A stretch of 64,000 nt of DNA from the NCBI GenBank assembly GCA_041393815.1, contig JAWKJK010000006.1, forward strand, positions 19,002 to 83,001. Reading direction: 5' to 3'. Below the pieces are notes generated by a model. The model searched no databases, was not told where the DNA came from, and saw only the letters and a list, made by a program, of their open reading frames with translations. This document shows, one piece after another, positions 28,779 to 37,631 of the stretch (within the stretch, counting starts at the first letter, position 1; each line of letters starts with the position of its first letter). Source of the DNA: Candidatus Nanopelagicales bacterium (lineage in GTDB: Bacteria > Actinomycetota > Actinomycetes > S36-B12 > JAWKJK01). The translations under genes and the position numbers were made by a program.

Positions 28779-29539
28779 CCGCGACGCCCGCACCCAGCCT
28801 GCGCGTGGACCAGCTGGCGTTCGCGTACCCCGACGGCCACCAGGCGCTGTTCGGCGTCGACATGACGATCGCCCGGGGGGAGCGGGTCGCCCTGCTCGGA
28901 CCCAACGGCGCCGGCAAGACCACCCTGGTGCTGCACCTGAACGGGATCCTGGCCGGTGGCACCGGCACCGTCGAGGTCGCGGGCCTGCGCGTCGACGCGC
29001 GCGACAAGGACGTGCTGCGGGAGATCCGGCGCCGCGTCGGCATCGTGTTCCAGGACCCCGACGACCAGCTCTTCATGCCGTCCGTACGCGAGGACGTGGC
29101 CTTCGGCCCGGCCAACCTCGGCCTGCGTGGCGACGACCTCGATGCGCGGGTCGGGCACGCGTTGGACCTCGTGGGCATGGGCGAGTTCGCCGACCGGCCC
29201 CCGCACCACCTGTCCTTCGGCCAGCGTCGCCGGGTCGCGGTGGCGACCGTCCTGGCGATGGAGCCGGAGATCCTGGTCCTGGACGAGCCCTCGTCCAACC
29301 TCGACCCGGCCAGCCGGCGCGAGCTCGCCGACATCCTGCGGTCGCTGGACGTGACCATCTTCATGGTCACGCACGACCTGCCCTACGCCCTGGAGCTGTG
29401 CGAGCGGGCCCTGATCCTGGCGGACGGCACGATCGTGGCCGACGGGGCGACCCGGGACATCCTGTGCGACGAGGACCTGATGCGCCGCCACCGGCTGGAG
29501 TTGCCGTACGGCTTCGATCCGCGATCGGTACCCGCGTAG
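28775..29539 (+). CDS. cbiO: ECF transporter ATPase CbiO
   Basis: ATGA overlap with the upstream stop. Walker A GPNGAGKTT, signature LSFGQRRRV and Walker B ILVLDEP. Confidence 0.9.
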   Translation: MTATPAPSLRVDQLAFAYPDGHQALFGVDMTIARGERVALLGPNGAGKTTLVLHLNGILAGGTGTVEVAGLRVDARDKDVLREIRRRVGIVFQDPDDQLFMPSVREDVAFGPANLGLRGDDLDARVGHALDLVGMGEFADRPPHHLSFGQRRRVAVATVLAMEPEILVLDEPSSNLDPASRRELADILRSLDVTIFMVTHDLPYALELCERALILADGTIVADGATRDILCDEDLMRRHRLELPYGFDPRSVPA

Positions 29540-29577
29540 GCTGCGAGCCGTCCGATCATCGACGCCGGAGGTTCCCC

Positions 29578-30033
29578 GTGGCCGACGTGCCTGCCACCCC
29601 CACCCCGGGCCAGGCCCCCGAGTCCGGCAAGGCCAACCCCTCCGGCAAGGCCGACGCCTCCGGCAAGGCTGCGGCGGCCGCGAAGCCGCAGCGCTCCGCG
29701 GCGGAGATCCAGGCCGACATCGAGGCGACCCGGGCGCGGCTCGTCGCGACGCTGGACGAGCTGAAGGTCCAGACCGCGCCGCCGACGCTGGCGGCGAGGG
29801 CGAAGGCCAAGGTCACCGGCTTCTTCACCGACGAGTACGGCGGGATCCGCCCCGATCGGGTCGCCATGGTCGCCGGAGTCGTGGTCGGCGTGCTCGTACT
29901 CCGCAAGGCCCGGGTGGCCGCCATCCACCGCCGCCAGCGCAGGCAGCTGGCCGAGGTGCAGTGGATCCCGGTGCCGCGCGGCCTGGTGCCGCCGGAGATG
30001 GCCGGACTGGCCCGGGACACCGACCGGTTGTGA
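29578..30033 (+). CDS. DUF3618 domain-containing protein
   Basis: GTG 29578. Contains 'SAAEIQADIEATRARLVATLDELK' plus one TM, as in actinobacterial DUF3618 proteins. Confidence 0.65.
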   Translation: MADVPATPTPGQAPESGKANPSGKADASGKAAAAAKPQRSAAEIQADIEATRARLVATLDELKVQTAPPTLAARAKAKVTGFFTDEYGGIRPDRVAMVAGVVVGVLVLRKARVAAIHRRQRRQLAEVQWIPVPRGLVPPEMAGLARDTDRL

Positions 30034-30043
30034 CCCCCGCGCG

Positions 30044-30544
30044 GTGACGGGGCGCACGGACCCGATCGAGCCCGGACCCGGTCAGGAGTCGGTATGGGAC
30101 TACCCCCGGCCGCCCCGGGTGGAGCCGACCTCCGCGCACGTGCAGGTGGTCCTCGGCGGCGAGGTCGTGTGCGACACCCGCCGCGCGCTGCGAGTGCTGG
30201 AGACCAGTCACCCGCCCACCTACTACCTGCCCCGGGCGGACTTCGCGGCCGGCAGCCTGGAGCCGGCCCCCGGGTCGTCGTACTGCGAGTACAAGGGCGT
30301 GGCCGCCTACCTCACGGTCGTCGGGGGAGGTGAGCGCCGGGAGGCGGCGGCCTGGACCTACCCCGACCCGTCGCCGGGGTTCTCGGCCCTGCGCGACCAC
30401 GTGGCCGTCTACCCCGGCCGGATGGACCGGTGCACGGTGGACGGCGAGGTCGTCCGCCCGCAGGAGGGCGGGTTCTACGGCGGCTGGATCACCGACGCGG
30501 TGGTCGGTCCGTTCAAGGGCGGACCGGGCACCCGCGGCTGGTGA
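30044..30544 (+). CDS. DUF427 domain-containing protein
   Basis: 'VWDYPRPPRVEP...RVLETSHPPTYYLPRADF...SYCEYKGVAAY' matches the DUF427 pattern. Confidence 0.8.
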   Translation: MTGRTDPIEPGPGQESVWDYPRPPRVEPTSAHVQVVLGGEVVCDTRRALRVLETSHPPTYYLPRADFAAGSLEPAPGSSYCEYKGVAAYLTVVGGGERREAAAWTYPDPSPGFSALRDHVAVYPGRMDRCTVDGEVVRPQEGGFYGGWITDAVVGPFKGGPGTRGW

Positions 30545-30571
30545 GCCGTCGGTGACCTACGCTCTGGCGTC

Positions 30572-30931
30572 GTGACCAGCGCGGCCCAGGCCCCCGACAC
30601 GACCCCCCGACCGGACGGGTCGGTCCCGATCAAGCTGCTGCACGACCGCGTCCTGGTCCGCCAGGACGGCCCGGACGGGGAGCGCCGCTCCAGCGGCGGC
30701 ATCGTGATCCCGGCGACGGCCCAGGTCGGGAAGCGGCTCACCTGGGCGCGGGTCGTGGCGGTGGGACCCAACGTGCGGACCGTGCAGACCGGCGACCAGG
30801 TGCTGTTCGAGCCGGAGGACCGCGGCAACGTCGAGCTGCAGGGCATCGACTACGTGCTGCTGCGCGAGCGCGACGTGCACGCGGTGGCCGCGGCGCGGCA
30901 CAGCGACGCGGCCACCGGGCTGTACCTGTAG
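30572..30931 (+). CDS. GroES (Cpn10)-like co-chaperone family protein, not next to any groEL
   Basis: 'IKLLHDRVLVRQDGPDGERRSSGGIVIPATAQ...ARVVAVGPNVRTVQTGDQVLFE' follows the Cpn10 pattern. It has an extra ~17-aa N-terminus. Confidence 0.7.
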   Translation: MTSAAQAPDTTPRPDGSVPIKLLHDRVLVRQDGPDGERRSSGGIVIPATAQVGKRLTWARVVAVGPNVRTVQTGDQVLFEPEDRGNVELQGIDYVLLRERDVHAVAAARHSDAATGLYL

Positions 30932-30939
30932 CCGTCCCG

Positions 30940-33456
30940 TCAGCGGGGGACCGGCGCGACGTCCGGCTCGCCGATCTCGTCCGGCTCGATGTCGTCGATC
31001 TCCGAGGCGCCCGCCTCGATGTCCTCCTCGGACTCCACGCTGACGTGCGGGAGCACCCGGTCCAGCCATCCCGGCAGCCACCAGTTGCGCGCCCCCAGCA
31101 CCGTCATCAGTGACGGCACCAGCACCAGCCGGACGACGAACGCGTCCAGCAGCACCGCCGAGGACAGCGACACCGCGAACAGCTTCACGGTCTGGTCGTT
31201 GCCGAGGACGAACGCGGCGAAGACGCTGACCATGATGGCCGCCGCGATCGCGACGACCCGGCCGGACCCGGCCAGTCCGCGGCGGATCGCCTTGTGGTTG
31301 TCATGGGTGTGCAGCCACTCCTCGTGCATCCGGCTGACCAGGAAGACCTGGTAGTCGCAGGACAGCCCGAACAGGATGGCGAACACCATGATCGGCAGGA
31401 ACGGGAAGATCGGTCCGGTGTTCTGCAGCCCGATCAGGCCCGCGAACCACCCCCACTGGAACACCGCGACGGTGATGCCGAGGGACGCCGCCAGCGACAG
31501 CAGGCTGAACAGCACTCCGGTCAGCGGTACGAGCACCGATCGGAACAGGAACATCAGGGCGATGAAGCCCAGGCCCACCACGATGAGCAGGAACCAGGGC
31601 AGCGCGTCGCTGAGCACCTTGGTGAAGTCCACGGTGACCGCCTGGAACCCGCCGACGTAGGCGGTGGCCCCGGTGCCCGCCAGCGCCTGCGGGATCACGT
31701 CGTCGCGCAGGTGGAACAGCAGGTCCGTGGTGGCCTCGTCCTGCGGTGCCGTGGTCGGGAAGACCTGGACCACGGCGACCTCGGCGTCGGGGGCCACCGG
31801 TGCCGCGGCCGCCAGCGCCACACCGGGATCCGCGTTGAGCGCCTGCGCGAGCGCGCCGACGGCGGCCTGGTCGCCGGGGGCCGGCAGCTCGACCGCGACG
31901 TACATCGGCCCGTTGACGCCCGGCCCGAACCCCTCGGCGGTGAGGTCGTACGCGATCCGCGGCGGGCTGCCCTGCGGCGCGCCCGAGTCGTCGGCGAACC
32001 CCTGCCGCAGCGAGAGCGCGGGCCCGGCGAACAGCAGCATGACGATGAGGGCCGCGATGCCGGTGACCCAGGGCCGCTTCTGCAGCCACTCGCCGTAGCG
32101 GGCGAAGGCGCTGGGGTGGTGCGGTTCCGGCGCGTGGCCGCCGCGGACGAATCGCCGCCACAGCCAGCCGATGATCGTCACGGGCAGGAACAGCACCCAG
32201 CCGACGTAGCGGAAGAAGCGGCCGATCGCGTGCCACACCCCGGTCAGGCGCGGCTGCGGGATGGCCTCGCCGTCGGTGACCCAGGCCATCCGACCCACGA
32301 AGGCCCAGCTGCCCAGCAGCGACAGCACCGCCGGCAGGAGCAACAGGGCGCCGAGCATGACCATGAAGACCGTCGTGGCCGCGGCGACCGCGATGCCGTT
32401 GAAGAACTCGATCCGCATCACGAACAGGCCGAGCAGGGCGATGATCACCGTCAGCGCGGCGAACTGGACCGCGCGACCGGATGTACGCACCGACTCCAGC
32501 GCCGCCGACCTCGGGTCGCGGCCGTGCCGCATCGCCTCGCGATAGCGGTTGATGACGAACAGGGAGTAGTCGATCCCGACGCCGAGGCCGATCATCGACG
32601 CCAGGAACGGCGCGAAGGTGGCGACGGAGAAGAAGTTCGCCACGATCGGAAGGACCAGTGCCGTGGAGACCGACACGGACACCGCGGCGGACACGATGGG
32701 CAGGAACGCCCCGAGGATCGAGCCGAACGCGAACAGCAGGATGGTCAGCGCAACGCCCACGCCGATGCTCTCCGACGACGGCGGCTCGCCCTGGACGAAG
32801 CTGAAGATCCCGTTGGCGCCGACGGTGAGGCCGTCCTCGCCGTTCTGCGCCTTCACGAAGTCCAGTGCGGTGGCGATGTCCTCGGTCGGCAGGTCGCTGA
32901 AGTCCTCCCCGGCGAACAGCACCGTCGCGTACGCCACCCGCCCGTCGGGGCTGACGCCCGCCTGGCCGAAGTGCGCCATCGGGCCGAGCGCGTCCTCGGG
33001 CAGCTGGGGCTGGGTGGCCGCGCCGCCCTCCTGCCCGGCCTGGTCGCCGCCCTGGCCGCCGGCCCCGCCGTCGGCACCGGCGGCGGGCTGCTGCGGCGGG
33101 CACTGCGCGCCCAACGGCTCCCCGTACGGCGAGATGACGCACGAGACGCCGGGGGAGGCCGCGATGTCGGCGAGGACCGCCGACATGGTGGCGGCGGTGG
33201 CGGGGTCGGTGGCCGAGCCGGTGTCGGCACGCCACACCACCTGGCCCTCGAGCCCCGAGCCCGTCCCCGCGCCGCCGCCGGACAGGTCCTGCAGCAGCTC
33301 GGTCGCCGTCGTCGACTCCGAGTCCGGCAGGTTGAAGTTGTCGTTGTAGTCGCCCTTGAGCTGCGCGTACCCGACGCCGATCAGCACGACCAGGATCAGC
33401 CAGGAGGCCAGGCCCCACCACGGATGGCGTACGGCCCACTGCGAGATACGGCCCAT
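30940..33456 (-). CDS. MMPL family (RND superfamily) transporter
   Basis: ATG 33456 is preceded by AGGAGG (~10 nt). Two 6-TM bundles separated by large soluble loops, with MMPL-type 'GIDYSLFVINRYRE' and 'GLSCDYQVFLVSRMHEE'. Confidence 0.9.
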   Translation of the reverse strand: MGRISQWAVRHPWWGLASWLILVVLIGVGYAQLKGDYNDNFNLPDSESTTATELLQDLSGGGAGTGSGLEGQVVWRADTGSATDPATAATMSAVLADIAASPGVSCVISPYGEPLGAQCPPQQPAAGADGGAGGQGGDQAGQEGGAATQPQLPEDALGPMAHFGQAGVSPDGRVAYATVLFAGEDFSDLPTEDIATALDFVKAQNGEDGLTVGANGIFSFVQGEPPSSESIGVGVALTILLFAFGSILGAFLPIVSAAVSVSVSTALVLPIVANFFSVATFAPFLASMIGLGVGIDYSLFVINRYREAMRHGRDPRSAALESVRTSGRAVQFAALTVIIALLGLFVMRIEFFNGIAVAAATTVFMVMLGALLLLPAVLSLLGSWAFVGRMAWVTDGEAIPQPRLTGVWHAIGRFFRYVGWVLFLPVTIIGWLWRRFVRGGHAPEPHHPSAFARYGEWLQKRPWVTGIAALIVMLLFAGPALSLRQGFADDSGAPQGSPPRIAYDLTAEGFGPGVNGPMYVAVELPAPGDQAAVGALAQALNADPGVALAAAAPVAPDAEVAVVQVFPTTAPQDEATTDLLFHLRDDVIPQALAGTGATAYVGGFQAVTVDFTKVLSDALPWFLLIVVGLGFIALMFLFRSVLVPLTGVLFSLLSLAASLGITVAVFQWGWFAGLIGLQNTGPIFPFLPIMVFAILFGLSCDYQVFLVSRMHEEWLHTHDNHKAIRRGLAGSGRVVAIAAAIMVSVFAAFVLGNDQTVKLFAVSLSSAVLLDAFVVRLVLVPSLMTVLGARNWWLPGWLDRVLPHVSVESEEDIEAGASEIDDIEPDEIGEPDVAPVPR

Positions 33457-33593
33457 GTCCGGTGTCCCTCCTGGGGGCACGTCCGTGCCCCGCCCTCCTC
33501 GGCGCTCGAGGGCGATCGTGGTCCATGGCGGGTACCGCTGTCACGCGGGTTCGACGGGCCGTGGCCCGGCGGGCACCGTCGGTAGCGGTGGGG

Positions 33594-34940
33594 TCAGGCG
33601 TAGCGCTTCTGGACCAGGACCTGGGAGGTGATCGGCGGTCGGCGGCGCTGCAGCCCGAGCAGGATGCGCGTGCTCGTCAGCGGGGTCACCCGCGACAACC
33701 CGGCCACCCGGATCGACCCGGCCGTGCCGAAGGCGGCGTCCACCGCCCCCGTCGACTGCCGCAGCCGGGTCACCGTGTCCCCGTGGGCCAGGTACATGCG
33801 GTCGGCGGACCCGATGGACAGGGTCGCGAAGCTGCCGATGCCGGTCAGCTCCGCGCGCCCTGCGGTCCCGAAGCCGGGGTCGAACGTGCCGGAGGGGGTG
33901 AGGCGCGCGAGGAAGTCCGTGCCCGGGGCGCCGCCGGATCCCTGCTGCCAGCAGACGAGGTAGACGACGCCGGCCCGCGTGACGGTGATGTCCTCCACGG
34001 AGACGACCGCGTCGACCGCGGAGTAGTCGGCGTACCCGTCGACACCGAAGGCCCCATCGGGTCGGCCATCGGGCGAGAAGGCGATGACCCCGCCGGAGTC
34101 GTAGCTCATGGCCGCCGGCACGAAGACCCGTCCGTCCCGGGACGTCGCCATGGCGCCACAGCTGGCCTCGAACGACGTCGTCGTCGCATGCGTGTAGACG
34201 GCCACCCCGGGGACGCCGCTCGCGCCGTAGGTGGCCTCGATGCGCCCGTCGGCGCCGAACCCGACGAGGTACACCTCGCGGGCCCCGCCGATGCAGACGC
34301 GGGCACGTCCGTCCGGGAGCACGGCCATCTTCACCGAGCCACCGGCGCCGCTGTTGAGCGGACCGCTGCCCGGCAGGCTGGACAGCAGCGCGGAGTCGAT
34401 CACCGCGGAGTACGACCGGTCCCTGCGCCCGGTCTCGGTGACGCGGTAGATGCGGGCGCCGAGAAAGTCCCCGGTGTCGCCGGTGCCGACGAACAGGTAG
34501 GTCCGCGCCCGGTCGTCGCTGGCGACGGCGCCCAGGCCGGTACCGGGACCGGGAGAGCTGGACAGGACCTTCAGCAGGCGCGGCTTCCCGCCGTTGAAGG
34601 CGGTGTTGACCTTGCCGTTCGCGCGGTAGGCCCGCACGGTGATGACACCCTCGCTGGACTCGACCTCGGTCGGGTGCGACCCGGCCGTGACGACCCGGAA
34701 GCCGGTCCCGGGTCCGCGGAGCAGTCCGCCGAGGCGCTCGCCCCACTCCTGGTAGACCCCGGCGGTCAGGGGAACGACCAGCGTGCCCCGGCTCGCGAAG
34801 GTCCGGTCCAGCGTGCCCGGGGTGCCCGCGCCCGACGCGGGCGCGGAGAGGAGGGGGACCGTGAGCACCGCCGCCGCGAGGACTCCGATCGCCTTCCACC
34901 CTGCCGACTTCGTCCCTGCCGAACGCCGTGGCCTCGGCAT
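33594..34940 (-). CDS. Secreted beta-propeller-like protein with delta-60-type repeats
   Basis: Signal peptide present. The recurring 'G-x-(L/V/F)D-x-x-F-G-x-x-G' motif appears five times (GTLDRTFASRG, GKVNTAFNGG, GRPDGAFGVDG, GTFDPGFGTAG, GAVDAAFGTAG). Confidence 0.65.
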   Translation of the reverse strand: MPRPRRSAGTKSAGWKAIGVLAAAVLTVPLLSAPASGAGTPGTLDRTFASRGTLVVPLTAGVYQEWGERLGGLLRGPGTGFRVVTAGSHPTEVESSEGVITVRAYRANGKVNTAFNGGKPRLLKVLSSSPGPGTGLGAVASDDRARTYLFVGTGDTGDFLGARIYRVTETGRRDRSYSAVIDSALLSSLPGSGPLNSGAGGSVKMAVLPDGRARVCIGGAREVYLVGFGADGRIEATYGASGVPGVAVYTHATTTSFEASCGAMATSRDGRVFVPAAMSYDSGGVIAFSPDGRPDGAFGVDGYADYSAVDAVVSVEDITVTRAGVVYLVCWQQGSGGAPGTDFLARLTPSGTFDPGFGTAGRAELTGIGSFATLSIGSADRMYLAHGDTVTRLRQSTGAVDAAFGTAGSIRVAGLSRVTPLTSTRILLGLQRRRPPITSQVLVQKRYA

Positions 34941-35034
34941 CGCCGCTCACCCCCGGGAGTCGTTGCGCCGTCGCCTTCGACGCTAGGGCGATCCGGGCGC
35001 GCCGGGCAGGGTCCTGCGTCCCGCCCGCGGGGGA

Positions 35035-35103
35035 GACTCAGCGCAGCGGGGAAGACTCAGCGCAGCGGGGAAGACTCAGCGCAGCGGGGGTGACTCAGCG
35101 CAG
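35035..35103. repeat. 19-bp tandem repeat (3.6 copies) GACTCAGCGCAGCGGGGAA overlapping the stop codon of the upstream membrane-protein gene
   Basis: Copies lie at 35035-35053, 35054-35072 (identical), 35073-35091 (2 changes) and 35092-35103 (partial). The last copy contains the stop (TCA 35095-35097) and the final codons of the 35095-37191 gene. Confidence 0.9.
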
Positions 35104-37191
35104 GTCGCGCAGCCAGTGCGCCCCCGCGCGGCCGAGGCCACGGACACTCTCCCAGCGGGCCCCGGCGAGCACGAGCAGACCGCCGGCCACCGCGAACGAC
35201 ACCCACTGCGGGAGGAACCTCCCGAGGTCGACCAGCTGCACCGCCGTCACCGCGACCAGCATCAGTGCCGCCGGGATGACGACCCCGGCCCAGCGGCGCC
35301 AGGCGCCGAGCACCACCAGGGCGGCGCCGACGACGAACAGCGCCGCAACCCGCACCTGGTAGGCGGTCGACACGGACCCGCCGTCGAGCGTCCACCGGGT
35401 CAGGGCGTCCTGGACCACGGCGATCGTCGTGGGGGCCAGGGCCAGTGCCAGGGCCGGGCCGACCACCGCCAGCGACGGCGTGCGGGCCGGACGGCGCAGC
35501 CACCAGAACAGCCCGCCGGACACCCCGGCGAGCACCCCCAGGGCCGCCCCCGCGATCTCCGGAGCCCAGGGGGTCTCGAGGTCGGCCAGCTGTCCCAGCG
35601 GCACCAGGGCGCCGACGAGCAGCCCGCCGGCCAGCCACACGCTCCACGCGGGGAGTGGGCGTCGCAGTGCCTCGCCCCACCCGGCCAGGCCCAGCAGTGT
35701 CAGCGCGATGACCGTCGCCCACAGGGCGGCGTCCGAAGTCGTCCCCTCCTGGCCGGGGACGGTGGCCATCAACCAGGCGAGCAGCCCGGCACCGGTGGCC
35801 ACCAGAGCGGCAAGCCCGCTGGCCCGACTCGACTCACGGGTCAGCTCGGCCAGCACCACGAGGACGGCGGACAGGGCGACCCCTGCGACCGCTCCGTTCC
35901 CTACCGCCGCGTCGATGGCCCAGGGGGCGGCCGCGAGGCCGACCGCCGTCCCGAGCGCGGCCGCGGCGACCAGGCTGAGCCAGGGGCGCAGGCCCGGGGG
36001 CGTGTGGGTGCGGGCCCACCACGCGACGCCGGCGACCGCGGCCAGCGCGAGCGCGGACCACGGACGGCTGCTCGGTTGGGCCACACCCGAGCCGAAGGCG
36101 ACCAGGGCGGCGACGGTGACCTGCACCGCCGCGGCGAGGGCCGGCTCGGGCCGGTGCTCCGGCAGCAGCCGGACCAGCAGCGCCGAGAGGGCGGCGAGCG
36201 CCAGCAGGACGGCCGAACCGACGAGCGGCCGGACCGCGTCCCCGACCGAGGCCTCGCCCGCGACGAAGACGGCAGCGGCGCCGGAGCCGACCAGCAGCGA
36301 CAGCGCGGCCAGTGCCGGCCAGGTCACCACGGGGTAGCGAGCGTGCAGCAGCAGCAGCCCGACACCGCCCAGGAGCAGGACCGCCGCGACCCACCACGCC
36401 CACGGCTCGGCCAGCGGCACTGCGGCGTCGGCCGGGGCGGACGCGAGCAGCCCCAGCGCGAGGGCCGCCCCGGTGAGGGCGGCGACCTCTCCCACGCCGC
36501 GCATCCGGGTGCGCAGCCACCCGCCGACCGCGGCCAGCAGGACCGCCGCAGCGAGGCTGGCCGCCAGGGACAGGGTCGGTCCCAGGGGGTCCGCGCCCAG
36601 GACCCGCGTGGCCACGCAGCCGACGGCGACGAGGAGCGCCCCGACGACGCCCAGCGTCGTGGCCGTTCCCGGGAGCCGCCGGTGCAGCCGCAGCCCCGCG
36701 AGCAGGGCCACCGCGCCGATGGCGTACAGCAGGCTCAGCTGACCGATCGGGCCGAGCAGGTCCCAGGCGACGGCCGCGAAGGCGATCCCGGCCAGCACCA
36801 GCAGCACGGCACCGCCGACGAGCAGCAGCGTCCCTACGCCCAGGGGCGGCGTGGGCGTCGCGGCGACGGTGGCGGGGGGCGCGCTCGGGGCCCCGGGCCG
36901 CATGGGCGTGACTGTCGGCACCGGCGTGACGGTCGGCATCGCGATGGCCCGCACCGACCAGTCGTCGGGGAGATCGTCGGAGGCGAGGCGGTCGCGCAGC
37001 CAGTTCGCCCGCGCCCGGGCCCAGTCCGCCCACGCTGTCAGGCCGCCCAGCTCGTCCAGCGCCGCGACGGGCATGGTCAGGGAGCACGACGGACAGGTGA
37101 CCGTCCCGGCCGGGGACGGGGAGGGCAGCGAGGCCCCGCAGCGCGCACACGTCAGCCCGGCGGCTGCCGGGCCCACACGCATCTCCGTCAT
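35095..37191 (-). CDS. Polytopic membrane protein with N-terminal zinc-ribbon (698 aa), family not recognised
   Basis: N-terminal CxxC-x17-CxxC (CARCG...CPSC) followed by ~18-20 Ala/Leu/Gly-rich hydrophobic segments. Confidence 0.6.
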   Translation of the reverse strand: MTEMRVGPAAAGLTCARCGASLPSPSPAGTVTCPSCSLTMPVAALDELGGLTAWADWARARANWLRDRLASDDLPDDWSVRAIAMPTVTPVPTVTPMRPGAPSAPPATVAATPTPPLGVGTLLLVGGAVLLVLAGIAFAAVAWDLLGPIGQLSLLYAIGAVALLAGLRLHRRLPGTATTLGVVGALLVAVGCVATRVLGADPLGPTLSLAASLAAAVLLAAVGGWLRTRMRGVGEVAALTGAALALGLLASAPADAAVPLAEPWAWWVAAVLLLGGVGLLLLHARYPVVTWPALAALSLLVGSGAAAVFVAGEASVGDAVRPLVGSAVLLALAALSALLVRLLPEHRPEPALAAAVQVTVAALVAFGSGVAQPSSRPWSALALAAVAGVAWWARTHTPPGLRPWLSLVAAAALGTAVGLAAAPWAIDAAVGNGAVAGVALSAVLVVLAELTRESSRASGLAALVATGAGLLAWLMATVPGQEGTTSDAALWATVIALTLLGLAGWGEALRRPLPAWSVWLAGGLLVGALVPLGQLADLETPWAPEIAGAALGVLAGVSGGLFWWLRRPARTPSLAVVGPALALALAPTTIAVVQDALTRWTLDGGSVSTAYQVRVAALFVVGAALVVLGAWRRWAGVVIPAALMLVAVTAVQLVDLGRFLPQWVSFAVAGGLLVLAGARWESVRGLGRAGAHWLRDLR

Positions 37192-37306
37192 ACGTCCAGC
37201 GTGATCGCCCCGCGGGTCCGGGGGTCAGGGCCAAAGGCTTCCGAAACGACTCAGCGCCCCCACCTCGAAGGGCGGGAGCGCCGGTCAGGCCGTCGATCAG
37301 AACGGG

Positions 37307-37357
37307 TGCGCCGCCAGGGACTCGAACCCCGAACCCGCGGATGAGGAGTCCGCTGCT
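37307..37357 (-). pseudogene. Truncated tRNA-Lys copy (3' 51 nt only: anticodon stem to acceptor 3' strand)
   Basis: Identical to tRNA-Lys positions 40278-40328 except for 2 substitutions in the anticodon loop (CTCCTCA vs CTCTTAA). No complementary 5' acceptor strand (GCGCCGC) exists upstream. Confidence 0.85.
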
Positions 37358-37631
37358 GCCTCGTCTGCAGTTGTCCGTCGGTGTCCATGTTCTCAAGCGG
37401 GACAGTGACAGTGACTTCTTCGTGTCCATGGTCGTCCGTGGCCGACCGCCACGATGGATGCCGGAATGGATGCCGCTGCGCGACCCATGCAGAGCGCGTG
37501 TCGGCAGCCATCCCCGCGGGTCACCGACGTGATGGACAGGTAGCGGTGGCCGGGCTAGATTCCGCGAGCCTCCTTTCGGCGAGGTGCCCCCACGGCGCGT
37601 GGGGCCGCTGCGGGGGACGAGGGGACGGGGC

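Noticed and set aside
25455-28793. 1112-aa ORF on the minus strand spanning the bcp-to-cbiO region
   Set aside because: It is antisense to five well-supported plus- and minus-strand genes with clear family motifs. Its translation is Arg/Gly/Pro/Asp-rich low-complexity sequence with no recognisable domain. This is the typical stop-poor antisense frame of a high-GC genome.
37307-37357. Possible functional tRNA-Arg(CCU), suggested by the altered anticodon loop of the tRNA-Lys-like fragment
   Set aside because: No 5' acceptor strand, D-arm or 5' anticodon-stem context exists upstream. Similarity to tRNA-Lys stops at 37357, and position 37 would be a pyrimidine. It is a truncated remnant.
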